Shown: positions 43,856 to 54,750, counted from the first letter of the stretch. The stretch is DNA of 61,701 nt from Minisyncoccota bacterium (GCA_038106525.1 JAYOEC010000003.1:1-61701); one strand, 5' to 3'. The notes: generated from the sequence alone by a model not told the origin. A program made the numbers and translations.

Positions 43856-45090
43856 ATTGGTAACGAGTCTGGCGGCTCAAGCCGCCGTGTCTGCGCTGCA
43901 CCGGAGAGCGTTGCGCGACTTGGTTTTATCAGGTGCCAGAGGGTTGCGAGCTCCTCAGTATTCAGGATAAATGACTTCCCATAGTACGGTGGCGAAAAGA
44001 AGGCTCGTCTGCTGAATACCCGCAGAAAAAAGTTCATCGCAAGAAACGGAGCTGCCAGCAATAGATCCTTTCGCGGCCATCCGATGCGTGAAAATGGATC
44101 GTAGCAGATGAAGGAATTTAACTCACGGTCGCCAAAACGATCAAACAGTTTTTTTATCTGCACCACTCGCTCATCACTCCACAGATCGCGCTCTGCACGG
44201 TACAACACTCTGAGTCCGCAGTCGAACGACGGTTTCTGCAATCCATGCTCGATTGCAGTAACCAACCGCTGCTTCTGCGCCGGGAGTCCGCGAACATCTC
44301 CTGCCGCGCCAATAATGCGTTGAATTTCGCTCGCTGCATCTTCATGAAGAGAGTCAACCGGCGGCTTAAGGTACGAACGCAAGCTGGTGCCCCAGTCGCG
44401 CTGATGCGGCCGGAGCATGAGCGACATCCATACCTCCTCACCGTTGCCAACCGAGGCAAGGTCCTCAACCAGTTCGGCAAAAATATCTCGGCGATCTTTG
44501 CTGTGCTCAAGTGCTGTGTACCCAACAAGCGGGTACGGGTCCGGTTTTTCGAGCGCAAACTCGAACATTGAGATGCGCTCAGTGAATGGGTTATATGTCT
44601 GTTCGTGCGTATAGTCGGCGACTTCATCGAAGTCGATATCACGGTACTCTGCACGAAGCCGCGACTCGATCATGGCCCGGTGGTGAGTTGGGACATGCAG
44701 GTAGTAGCGGATAGTATGCGAGCCTGCACGCACCTCGAACGACCACGGCAGCCGCACCATGCCGATAAGAAGTGAATTTTTTAGCGAGATCTCAGTTCGA
44801 TAGTACAGCGAGTACAGGGCAAGTTCCATCGGTTTTGCAGTCTTTGGAGTATTAGGGCCAGGTTTCAGTTCAAGTGTGGTATACGAAATCGACGAGGTAT
44901 ACAGTGAACGCACTGCATGAAGCCAGAGTGGCCACGCTGCAAGTGCGAGAAGCACCGGGAGCCAAAGCGGGAGCAGCGCAGCCACAATAGAAAAAATAAA
45001 TGCGGCTGTCTGTGGCGCAAAATATATTAGTAAAACTACACCGAGCGCGCCGATCCCGAGAATGGTACGAAGCAAAACGCCACGCGTCAT
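43852..45090 (-). CDS. hypothetical membrane-anchored protein
   Basis: 412-aa ORF with two or three N-terminal TM helices. Conserved-looking blocks are PWSFEVRAGSHTIRYYLHVP and LNTEELATLWH. No ATPase motif. Confidence 0.5.
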   Translation of the reverse strand: MTRGVLLRTILGIGALGVVLLIYFAPQTAAFIFSIVAALLPLWLPVLLALAAWPLWLHAVRSLYTSSISYTTLELKPGPNTPKTAKPMELALYSLYYRTEISLKNSLLIGMVRLPWSFEVRAGSHTIRYYLHVPTHHRAMIESRLRAEYRDIDFDEVADYTHEQTYNPFTERISMFEFALEKPDPYPLVGYTALEHSKDRRDIFAELVEDLASVGNGEEVWMSLMLRPHQRDWGTSLRSYLKPPVDSLHEDAASEIQRIIGAAGDVRGLPAQKQRLVTAIEHGLQKPSFDCGLRVLYRAERDLWSDERVVQIKKLFDRFGDRELNSFICYDPFSRIGWPRKDLLLAAPFLAMNFFLRVFSRRAFFSPPYYGKSFILNTEELATLWHLIKPSRATLSGAAQTRRLEPPDSLPI

Positions 45091-45128
45091 GTGTGCATCA
45101 TACCAAAGCTTCGGTAGTAGACCGGTGC

Positions 45129-46154
45129 TTATTTCGCGAGTGCGTACTTGCCGTCCTTAGTCTTCGTGAGCGCGTTGCTCTGCAAGTTGACCAAAATCGT
45201 ATTCAGCTTTACATGCCGCTCCTGCGACACCGCCTTAATGAGTTCATCTCGTGTCATTGGGCCGCGCTCCTTGAGGATGTGCTTAATGATATCAATGACG
45301 GGCCCGGGACGATACCCCCATTCGGTAAGCGCATAAATGCCGCGCCCTACCAGTACAAAGCGCTTATCCTTAATGAGTTCATTGTGCGTGGTTGCCTGGT
45401 GCGCCTTCTTGCCAAAAGTCTTCTCAATTGCCTTTGCAACCTCGCGGAAGTGCATCGGCGAGCCGTTCCGCTTCAGCACCAGATAGGCATGATCACGAAT
45501 ATTCTTGAGGCGGATACCTGGTGCAGTGACGCGCCCCCACTCACCGAGCGGGTTGCGCATGAGGCAGTTCGACAACTCGAGCCACCGCTTGACCGTCTCT
45601 TTATTCTTATACTTCGCATTCACCTTTGTCATGCAGGAGAGCACATGATCAACCAGGGCATCCTCTTGCACTACATCATTCTGCTTGATGGTCGAGTGCA
45701 CCGTCTTTAGCGCATCTTCAACCGCCTTGCCCAGCTGCTCGTCAACCAACCAGCGGGTCTTGAACTGCGAGTCCTCTTTTCGAGCCATAAACGGCTTTCC
45801 TACTACCATAAGGAAGTACAAGTGATTTTTTGAGGAAGGATCGGTTGCAAACTCGGAGAGAATGCTGCGTTCAGGAAGAATTGCCCCGAGGTCACGAATA
45901 GCTGATTCGAGTGCTGCAAATGCCTGCGACTCCTTAGAGAGCGCACCAGAGTCCTGGATCGACTGTATCGCTGAGTTTTCAATCTGGCGGACCCGCTCGC
46001 GGGTGATATTGTACCGCTTTCCGATCGCATCTAATGTTTCGGCGCCGCCAGCAGTAAGTCCAAAACGGCTCACTAAGACATCGCGAGCCCGCTCAGGAAG
46101 GGCCTGTACCAATCGCTTGGTAACCTGCTGTGGTTTGAATGGGAGTTTAGGCAT
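45129..46154 (-). CDS. sigma-70 region-4-like HTH plus HARE-HTH/winged-helix protein
   Basis: TLDAIGKRYNITRERVRQIENSAIQ (sigma region 4.2-like). C-terminal NGSPMHFREVAKAIE...RFVLVGRGIYALTEWGY (HARE-HTH-like). Start at ATG 46154 is consistent with the upstream promoter. Confidence 0.65.
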   Translation of the reverse strand: MPKLPFKPQQVTKRLVQALPERARDVLVSRFGLTAGGAETLDAIGKRYNITRERVRQIENSAIQSIQDSGALSKESQAFAALESAIRDLGAILPERSILSEFATDPSSKNHLYFLMVVGKPFMARKEDSQFKTRWLVDEQLGKAVEDALKTVHSTIKQNDVVQEDALVDHVLSCMTKVNAKYKNKETVKRWLELSNCLMRNPLGEWGRVTAPGIRLKNIRDHAYLVLKRNGSPMHFREVAKAIEKTFGKKAHQATTHNELIKDKRFVLVGRGIYALTEWGYRPGPVIDIIKHILKERGPMTRDELIKAVSQERHVKLNTILVNLQSNALTKTKDGKYALAK

Positions 46155-46181
46155 TTGAGTTACTGATACTCTTGCAATAAT

Positions 46182-46210
46182 CTTATAGCACACTTTTAAA
46201 ATAGCGTCAA
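46182..46210 (-). promoter_or_regulatory. candidate promoter with extended -10
   Basis: Minus strand reads TTGACG-N17-(TGC)TATAAG, about 27 nt upstream of ATG 46154. Confidence 0.45.
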
Positions 46211-46220
46211 ATTAGGTCTC

Positions 46221-49052
46221 CTACGGAACAATGTTGATAACTTTATCAGGGATAAAAACCACCCGGGATGGAAATTTAGCTATATACTGAGCCAATTTTG
46301 CGTCTTCACGAACAGCTGCCAGCACCGCTTCCTCCGTAAGTCCACGCGAAACGGTTAGGGTACCCTTTGTCTTGCCATCTATCTGAACTGCCATTGTGAC
46401 CGTCTCTGATGTCAGCCTATCTGGATTATAGACTGGCCATGCTTCGAGATGTATTGAACCAGTATGACCAAGCCTGTGCCAAAGCTCCTCAGTTATGTGC
46501 GGCGCAAACGGCGCAAGAAGTCTAAGCAAGACTTCATACTGTGCTCGCCCGAGATCCCCTTCCTTTTCGACAGCATTTACAAAGATCATCATCTGTGAGA
46601 TTGCCGTATTGAACTTAAACGCTTCTATATCTTCACCCACCTTCTTGATTGTCTGATGGAGCGGCGCCTCAATCATCTCGCGGGCATCTTCAACCACTTT
46701 TTCAGCAAGACCCCACACCCTCTCCAAAAATCGACGAACACCAACGACTCCTCCAGGGTTCCATGGATAGTTGCCGGTAACGCCATACGGGCCCATGAAT
46801 GCAAGGTACATCTTGACTGCATCAGCGCCAACAATTGCCACCTGCTCATCCGGGTTCACCGCGCCAGTGCGCTTGCTCATCTTACTCCCGTCCTCGTTCA
46901 CAATAAGCCCGCGATTAAAGCGTCTTGTATACGGCTCTTCAACGGTCACTAAACCAAGGTCGTACAGTGCCATCTGAAAAAAGCGCGAGTATAGGAGGTG
47001 AACGGTCGTATGCTCCGCACCACCAAAGTAGGTATGAATTGGCATCCACTGCTCCTGCTTATCCCTTGAAGAGAACTCCTTTTCGTTCCTCGAATCAAGA
47101 TAGCGCAAAAAATACCATGACGAATCCATAAAAGTATCCATCGTCTCAACCTCTGGCTTCCAGCCCTTGCCAAAAATTCTCTCCGTTCGCTCAAAAAGTT
47201 CTTTTGATGAACCAAGAGGCGAGGTTCCCTTTGGGTTGTAGTCAACATCAGTCGGCAAAAGCCACGGCAGGTGTTCATCAGGAATAGGATGCGCGGTTCC
47301 TTCTGGGTCATACACAATAGGTATTGGGGTCCCCCAGTACCGCTGTCTCGAGATGCTCCAATCGCGCATCTTGTAGGTGGTCGCCATCCTCCCTCCAACA
47401 AATTCAGTGATCCTGCTTTTCGCATCTTCACTACTTGCTCCATTAAATTTACCTGAGTTCATCAGAAACCCACCCTCAGTAAGCACCTTCTCCTCTTTGA
47501 ACTGATCCCAAATCATTTTTTGATGAATAGGAACGAGGCAGTCCCTCACCTTCGATTCATCGACCCATGTGAGCGTATGTGTCTTGGCTTCTGATTCGGG
47601 AATTGTCCCTTGCTGTGATAAGTCCTCAATTTCGGCGAGAAATGCGTGTGCGATTGCTTTTCTGTTCTGATTTTTATGCGACGCACAGTAACGCGCAGCA
47701 GTAACCCACTTAAGCTTTCTCGTAACCACTGCGTCCGGTATTGCGGCCTCTTCCTGAATCTCAGCAAGGACAGCTTCTTCCGGAGTTTGACCGTCTTCGA
47801 CACCGCCCATAATGCCTGTAGTGATGCCCTCGAGAGACCCATGCCAATCAAGTAATGCGTACAAGCCGGTTGCTTTATTTTTTAGAAATACAATAATCGT
47901 CTCTCGCTCAATTTCCTCAAGTCCATTTTTGGGGGGATTTATGGGATCATCTGAACACGGCACAATAACCTGCACAATTGGTACATTAAACTTTTTTGCA
48001 AATGCAAAATCGCGCTCGTCATGTGCCGGGACGGCCATACTAGCGCCAGTGCCATAACTCGCGAGCACATAATCCGCAATAAACACAGGAACCTCCTGAT
48101 TATTTGCTGGATTGAGTGCCATCACTCCCTGAAGCCGCACGCCGGTTTTCTCCTTCCCTGCAGCCGTACGATCGATTTCAGACTTGAGTCTGGCTGCTGC
48201 AACATAAGCGCTTACTTCGTCTTTGTTCTCGTATGAGAGTCTTGCAACTAACGGGTGCTCCGGCGCTAGGACCATGTAGGTCACACCAAACAATGTGTCA
48301 GGACGAGTGGTGAACACATTTATTTTATGTTCAGTACCTACAACAGCGAATTCAATCTCCGCTCCCTCACTCTTTCCGATCCAAGTGCGTTGCAGTTCTT
48401 TTATTGATTCGGGCCACGAAAGCGCATCAAGATTCTTGAGCAGTCGTTCCGCATACTTAGTGATTCTAAACATCCACTGGTCCAGATCCTTTTTTTCAAC
48501 CTTCGCGCCGCTCCGCTCCGCGGTGCCGTCAGGAAGCACCTGCTCGTTGGCGAGCACTGTTTGGTCAATCGGGTCCCAGTTCACTGGGACCTTTTTCCTA
48601 TACACGAGCCCCCTTTCAAAGAACCGATTAAAAATCCATTGGTTCCAGCGATAGTATTCTGGCGTACAGGTTGCAAATGATCGCGACCAATCAAATGAAT
48701 TTCCCATTGCCTCGAGCTGTGCGCGCATGGTCTTAATATTCTCTTCAGTCCACTCGCGCGGGTTCACTGCATGCTTGATCGCTGCATTTTCAGCCGGAAG
48801 TCCGAACGCGTCAAAGCCGATCGGATACAGCGCATTATGGCCAGTCATGCGTTTGAAACGAACAAAAATATCAGGCACCGCAAACGCATACCAGTGGCCG
48901 ACATGGAGATTCCCTGACGGGTATGGCAACTCAACCAGGACGCAAACATTATCCTTTCCAGGTACAGTATCTTCTACTTTGTATACACTCTCCTCCGCCC
49001 AGATTTTTTGCCACTTTTTCTCTATCGCTTTGTGGTCGTAGTCGCGCGACAT
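46221..49052 (-). CDS. leuS: leucyl-tRNA synthetase with Nudix-like insertion
   Basis: 943-aa ORF with HVGH (HIGH), KMSKR (KMSKS) and CP1 editing motifs (TTRPDTLFG, GTGASMAVPAHDERD). There is an extra ~140-aa segment between editing-domain exit and the MNSGKFNG block. Confidence 0.9.
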   Translation of the reverse strand: MSRDYDHKAIEKKWQKIWAEESVYKVEDTVPGKDNVCVLVELPYPSGNLHVGHWYAFAVPDIFVRFKRMTGHNALYPIGFDAFGLPAENAAIKHAVNPREWTEENIKTMRAQLEAMGNSFDWSRSFATCTPEYYRWNQWIFNRFFERGLVYRKKVPVNWDPIDQTVLANEQVLPDGTAERSGAKVEKKDLDQWMFRITKYAERLLKNLDALSWPESIKELQRTWIGKSEGAEIEFAVVGTEHKINVFTTRPDTLFGVTYMVLAPEHPLVARLSYENKDEVSAYVAAARLKSEIDRTAAGKEKTGVRLQGVMALNPANNQEVPVFIADYVLASYGTGASMAVPAHDERDFAFAKKFNVPIVQVIVPCSDDPINPPKNGLEEIERETIIVFLKNKATGLYALLDWHGSLEGITTGIMGGVEDGQTPEEAVLAEIQEEAAIPDAVVTRKLKWVTAARYCASHKNQNRKAIAHAFLAEIEDLSQQGTIPESEAKTHTLTWVDESKVRDCLVPIHQKMIWDQFKEEKVLTEGGFLMNSGKFNGASSEDAKSRITEFVGGRMATTYKMRDWSISRQRYWGTPIPIVYDPEGTAHPIPDEHLPWLLPTDVDYNPKGTSPLGSSKELFERTERIFGKGWKPEVETMDTFMDSSWYFLRYLDSRNEKEFSSRDKQEQWMPIHTYFGGAEHTTVHLLYSRFFQMALYDLGLVTVEEPYTRRFNRGLIVNEDGSKMSKRTGAVNPDEQVAIVGADAVKMYLAFMGPYGVTGNYPWNPGGVVGVRRFLERVWGLAEKVVEDAREMIEAPLHQTIKKVGEDIEAFKFNTAISQMMIFVNAVEKEGDLGRAQYEVLLRLLAPFAPHITEELWHRLGHTGSIHLEAWPVYNPDRLTSETVTMAVQIDGKTKGTLTVSRGLTEEAVLAAVREDAKLAQYIAKFPSRVVFIPDKVINIVP

Positions 49053-49066
49053 TTGACCATCCTAAC

Positions 49067-50026
49067 TTATTTACTGAAGAGCGGATAGCGCTCAGGATCT
49101 ATGGTGCGATCAAAGCAAGCCTCTCCCGCCTCGTGAGAAAATGGGCCTTGCAGCGAATCTCCGCCTTTGGGAAATTCCGGCTCAGCAACTGGCCTCGAAG
49201 TGCCGTACTGGCCCGACAACGACTCTTTATTAAAGGTTGCACAAAGTTTGAAGGACGAGTCAGATGTGCGCTCGTAGCGGTACGGATCACCCGACTGCGG
49301 ATCAGTCGGAACGACGAAACCAGTGAGTGGATCGTTGAGGAGTTCAATAACATCCGGAAGCGCCCCTTTAGCTTGCCAATACTGCACAAGCTGCCACTGA
49401 ATCGACTGAAGATCAGTGACCTTTTGTTCATCAAAACGGTATAAGCGCTGATCCTGCGGAGAGCCAATAATCAAAAACCCTGCAATGATTGAGGCAAGCA
49501 CGATTGCACCAACGCCATAGCCGAGCGCGTGTGCCATCTGTACCCTAGTCTCCCACTTTCCTCGCAGGTCAGAAAGGTAGTACCAAAAAAAACCCGCAAC
49601 CACAACAAACACCGCAAGCGACTTAAGCAAAAATCGGGTGGTCAGCTCACCGCCAAGAAACTCGTTAATGAGCAGCACCAAATCAACCGCAATCGTGACA
49701 CCAGCAACAAAAAGCGTGATAAAGATGAGCCACTTGCGGACCCAGAGTTCCTTTTTTTCAGGATTTGAGCGGATCTCGGCATTCAAAACCCGCGTTACAT
49801 ATATGTAGAGCGGTGTCACCACGACCAAAGTTGCAATTGCAAATCGGATGGCGCCAGAGTACGGATCTACCCATGATACCAGCGGGTCTGGAAAGAGCCT
49901 ATCAATATACTCGAAATAGAGTGCAAGGATCGATACTGCAGACGCATAGAGCGCTGCCATTGCGCCAAGCCAGAGAAAAAAGTCTCTTGGTCCCACTTTT
50001 GGTTTAGCTATGTTGTCCATGACCAC
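49067..50026 (-). CDS. DUF5671-like polytopic membrane protein with C-terminal extracytoplasmic domain
   Basis: 319-aa ORF with PRDFFLWLGAMAALYASAVSILALYFEYIDRLFPD and five TM helices. Family name is from memory. Confidence 0.5.
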   Translation of the reverse strand: MVMDNIAKPKVGPRDFFLWLGAMAALYASAVSILALYFEYIDRLFPDPLVSWVDPYSGAIRFAIATLVVVTPLYIYVTRVLNAEIRSNPEKKELWVRKWLIFITLFVAGVTIAVDLVLLINEFLGGELTTRFLLKSLAVFVVVAGFFWYYLSDLRGKWETRVQMAHALGYGVGAIVLASIIAGFLIIGSPQDQRLYRFDEQKVTDLQSIQWQLVQYWQAKGALPDVIELLNDPLTGFVVPTDPQSGDPYRYERTSDSSFKLCATFNKESLSGQYGTSRPVAEPEFPKGGDSLQGPFSHEAGEACFDRTIDPERYPLFSK

Positions 50027-50032
50027 AGTGTA

Positions 50033-51130
50033 TCAAATTTTAAACTCAATAACATCACCGTCCTTAACCACATACTCTTTACCCTCAGTACGTAACTTGC
50101 CTGCCTCGCGGGCCTTTGCAAACCCGCCCGCAGCAACCAAGTCATCGTATGCCACCACTTCTGCGCGAATAAACTTTTCTTTAAAGTCAGTATGAATTGC
50201 CTGACCTGCTTCGGGCGCTGTCGCTCCAACTGTGGTTGTCCACGCACGAGTTTCATCTGGTCCGGTAGTAAAGTAGCTCTGAAGCCCGAGGAGCTTGTAC
50301 GCGCCGCGAATAAGATCATCAATGCCGTCATTCAGGACACCGTACTCTTGTCTGAAAGTCTGCTTGTCCTCCGACGATACCTCGTTCAACTCTCCCTCAA
50401 TTGCAGCGTCGACAACTACATATGTTGCATCGATTGTACGAAGAAACTCGAGCAGCGCGGCATACCGTGCATCATTCATTTCATCAAGATTGTGTCCACC
50501 TGCCTTTTTGTTAAGCACATACATGATTGGTTTCAGAGTAAGCAGCTGAAGTCCGAACACCGAAGCGCGCTCCTCAGTGGTAAGCGGGGCTGTGCGCGCG
50601 AGCTTCCCTGCCTCAAGGACAAGAAAGATTTTTTGGAGTACTGCTTGCTCAAGGAGCGCAGCTTTGTCGCCACGCTTTGCATCGCGCTCGACTGACTGGA
50701 GCCGCTTTGAGACGGTTTGCATGTCTGCAAGTACCAGTTCGAGGTTGATAACCTCGATGTCGCGCACTGGGTCGAGATCTCCGTCGACATGCGTGATATC
50801 TGAATCTTCGAAGATGCGCACCACCTCGGCGATCGCGTCGGTCTCCCTGATATTCTGCAGAAACTGATTGCCGAGCCCTGCCCCCTCAGACGCGCCCTTT
50901 ACCAGCCCCGCAATATCAACAAACTCGACGATAGCCGGAACGGTCCTGGCCGAGCCGGAGATATCTGTCAGCACCTGAAGTCTCGGATCAGGAACTGCAA
51001 CCACGCCAACGGACGGATCAATAGTTGCAAACGGGTAGTTGGCAATCAAAATATCCTTCCGCGTCAGCGCTTTGAATAGAGTGGATTTCCCAACATTCGG
51101 AAGTCCTACGATGCCTATTGAGAGTCCCAT
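50033..51130 (-). CDS. ychF: ribosome-binding ATPase YchF
   Basis: 365-aa ORF with GIVGLPNVGKSTLFKALT P-loop, DIAGLVKGAS and a C-terminal TGS-like YVVKDGDVIEFKI. Confidence 0.9.
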   Translation of the reverse strand: MGLSIGIVGLPNVGKSTLFKALTRKDILIANYPFATIDPSVGVVAVPDPRLQVLTDISGSARTVPAIVEFVDIAGLVKGASEGAGLGNQFLQNIRETDAIAEVVRIFEDSDITHVDGDLDPVRDIEVINLELVLADMQTVSKRLQSVERDAKRGDKAALLEQAVLQKIFLVLEAGKLARTAPLTTEERASVFGLQLLTLKPIMYVLNKKAGGHNLDEMNDARYAALLEFLRTIDATYVVVDAAIEGELNEVSSEDKQTFRQEYGVLNDGIDDLIRGAYKLLGLQSYFTTGPDETRAWTTTVGATAPEAGQAIHTDFKEKFIRAEVVAYDDLVAAGGFAKAREAGKLRTEGKEYVVKDGDVIEFKI

Positions 51131-51154
51131 GCCGGTAGCCTACACTGCGCGCAC

Positions 51155-51736
51155 CTATTTTGCACGCGACCCGAGCTGACGCATCTTTTGAAACCAACGC
51201 GTCTTGCACGATTCACTTGCCCGCTCTGACGGATTGAGCACGGAGATCCGCACTGGTGCAATGCCAGCGAACGCAAGGGTTGCGCGGGCAAGCTCGTTCG
51301 TAAACTCGCCAAAAAGAACCCTGGTGAGCCATGGGTTGGTGTTTGCGAGGATGATAATGCGGGCAGTCCTCCCTTTTAGGAGTTTCTCCCACCCCATGCC
51401 ACTCTTGCGGAACCTGAACGCAAACCCAGGCAACCACGCTCGGTCAAAAATGCCCTTCAATATTGCGGGCATGGTACACCACCAGTTTGGATACACCACG
51501 ACAAAATGGTCCGACCACACCACATTCTGCTGAAAAGTCTGAAGATCCGGCTCTAACTCTTGGATAACCTTGTACCCGCGATGCAAAATAGGATCAAAAC
51601 GCATCGCACCCGCATGCATCAGTCGCACCTCATGGCCGGCAGCAAGAGCACCAGCCTCGTATGTTTCGGCAACTTTTGACGAAAGCGAACCCACAGGGTC
51701 GGGATGACCGACCAGTATAAAGATTTTTTTCAACAT
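51155..51736 (-). CDS. NAD(P)H dehydrogenase (quinone)/flavodoxin-like fold protein
   Basis: 193-aa ORF with ILVGHPDP...YPNWWCTMPAILKGIFDR, the Flavodoxin_2 / NQO-type pattern. Confidence 0.7.
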   Translation of the reverse strand: MLKKIFILVGHPDPVGSLSSKVAETYEAGALAAGHEVRLMHAGAMRFDPILHRGYKVIQELEPDLQTFQQNVVWSDHFVVVYPNWWCTMPAILKGIFDRAWLPGFAFRFRKSGMGWEKLLKGRTARIIILANTNPWLTRVLFGEFTNELARATLAFAGIAPVRISVLNPSERASESCKTRWFQKMRQLGSRAK

Positions 51737-51737
51737 G

Positions 51738-51965
51738 CTACTGGCCGAGCAGCTTCTGCAGCTCTGCCCTATGCGCCATCATAACCTGCTGGATGGCTGC
51801 GCCTTGCGATTGACCACTCTTTACCTTTGTCTGTATCTCGTCAAGAATCCGCTTGAAAAAATCTGGATTTTGCTCGATAGCGCGCATCATCTTATCCTGA
51901 ACATCTTTGGGCAAATTTTTGAGCTGCCGCTGCAGCATCATCTTCATGAAAAAATTACCGAACAT
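51738..51965 (-). CDS. small helical protein (75 aa)
   Basis: MFGNFFMKMMLQRQLKNLPKDVQDKMMRAIEQNPDFFKRILDEIQ.... This is the C-terminal part of the 147-aa track ORF. Its ATG is 1 nt after the stop of the zinc-ribbon ORF. Confidence 0.4.
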   Translation of the reverse strand: MFGNFFMKMMLQRQLKNLPKDVQDKMMRAIEQNPDFFKRILDEIQTKVKSGQSQGAAIQQVMMAHRAELQKLLGQ

Positions 51966-51966
51966 A

Positions 51967-52188
51967 CTAGTCTTCAGAATCGTGTATTGGCACTCGAATT
52001 TCCTGTCCGAGCGGATTTTGAATGCGCGCATACCCGTATGCAGGAATATCGCGACCATTGTCGTGATCGGAGAGACATTCGTTACACAGATGGAGTCCAT
52101 CACATGCGTTTGTCGTCTGCTTGCCGCACAATTCGCAGGGATGAAAAACTTCACTATTTCTCCACTGTGGCGACTTTTCATTACGCAT
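51967..52188 (-). CDS. small zinc-ribbon-like protein (73 aa)
   Basis: The ATG lies 5 nt after the atpC stop. CELCGKQ...CDGLHLCNEC gives a CxxC...CxxC pair. Its composition looks more protein-like than the overlapping frame. Confidence 0.4.
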   Translation of the reverse strand: MRNEKSPQWRNSEVFHPCELCGKQTTNACDGLHLCNECLSDHDNGRDIPAYGYARIQNPLGQEIRVPIHDSED

Positions 52189-52193
52189 ACTGT

Positions 52194-52424
52194 TTATAGA
52201 AGCACTGTTACCTGATTATTCGAAACCTCAATAACGCCGCTCTCAACCGGAAACTCACGCACCGACCCTGATGCCGAAACGGTAACAACGCCAGAAAGAA
52301 GCGGCGCGACCAATGGCTCATGGTTGCCGAGTACCGTAATCGTTCCTGCTGCTGTCGGCGCGGTAACTGAATCCGCATCGCCAGCATAGACTGATTCATG
52401 CACCTTTGCAATCGCAACCCGCAT
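52194..52424 (-). CDS. atpC: F1 ATP synthase epsilon subunit, beta-sandwich only
   Basis: 76-aa ORF in the last operon position, with an epsilon N-domain pattern (VTAPTAAGTITVLGNHEPLVAPL). Confidence 0.8.
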   Translation of the reverse strand: MRVAIAKVHESVYAGDADSVTAPTAAGTITVLGNHEPLVAPLLSGVVTVSASGSVREFPVESGVIEVSNNQVTVLL

Positions 52425-52426
52425 AC

Positions 52427-54741
<2,315 letters not shown>

Positions 54742-54750
54742 GAGTAAATG

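Noticed and set aside
45000-45710. 236-aa plus-strand ORF
   Set aside because: It is antisense to two minus-strand genes (the 412-aa membrane protein and the sigma-r4/HARE-HTH protein) and spans their intergenic gap. No motifs are present.
51738-52181. Single 147-aa ORF downstream of atpC
   Set aside because: Its N-terminal half looks non-coding, whereas an alternative-frame zinc-ribbon ORF and the C-terminal 75 aa form two tidy abutting genes. I kept it only as the shorter 51738-51965 call. This remains uncertain.
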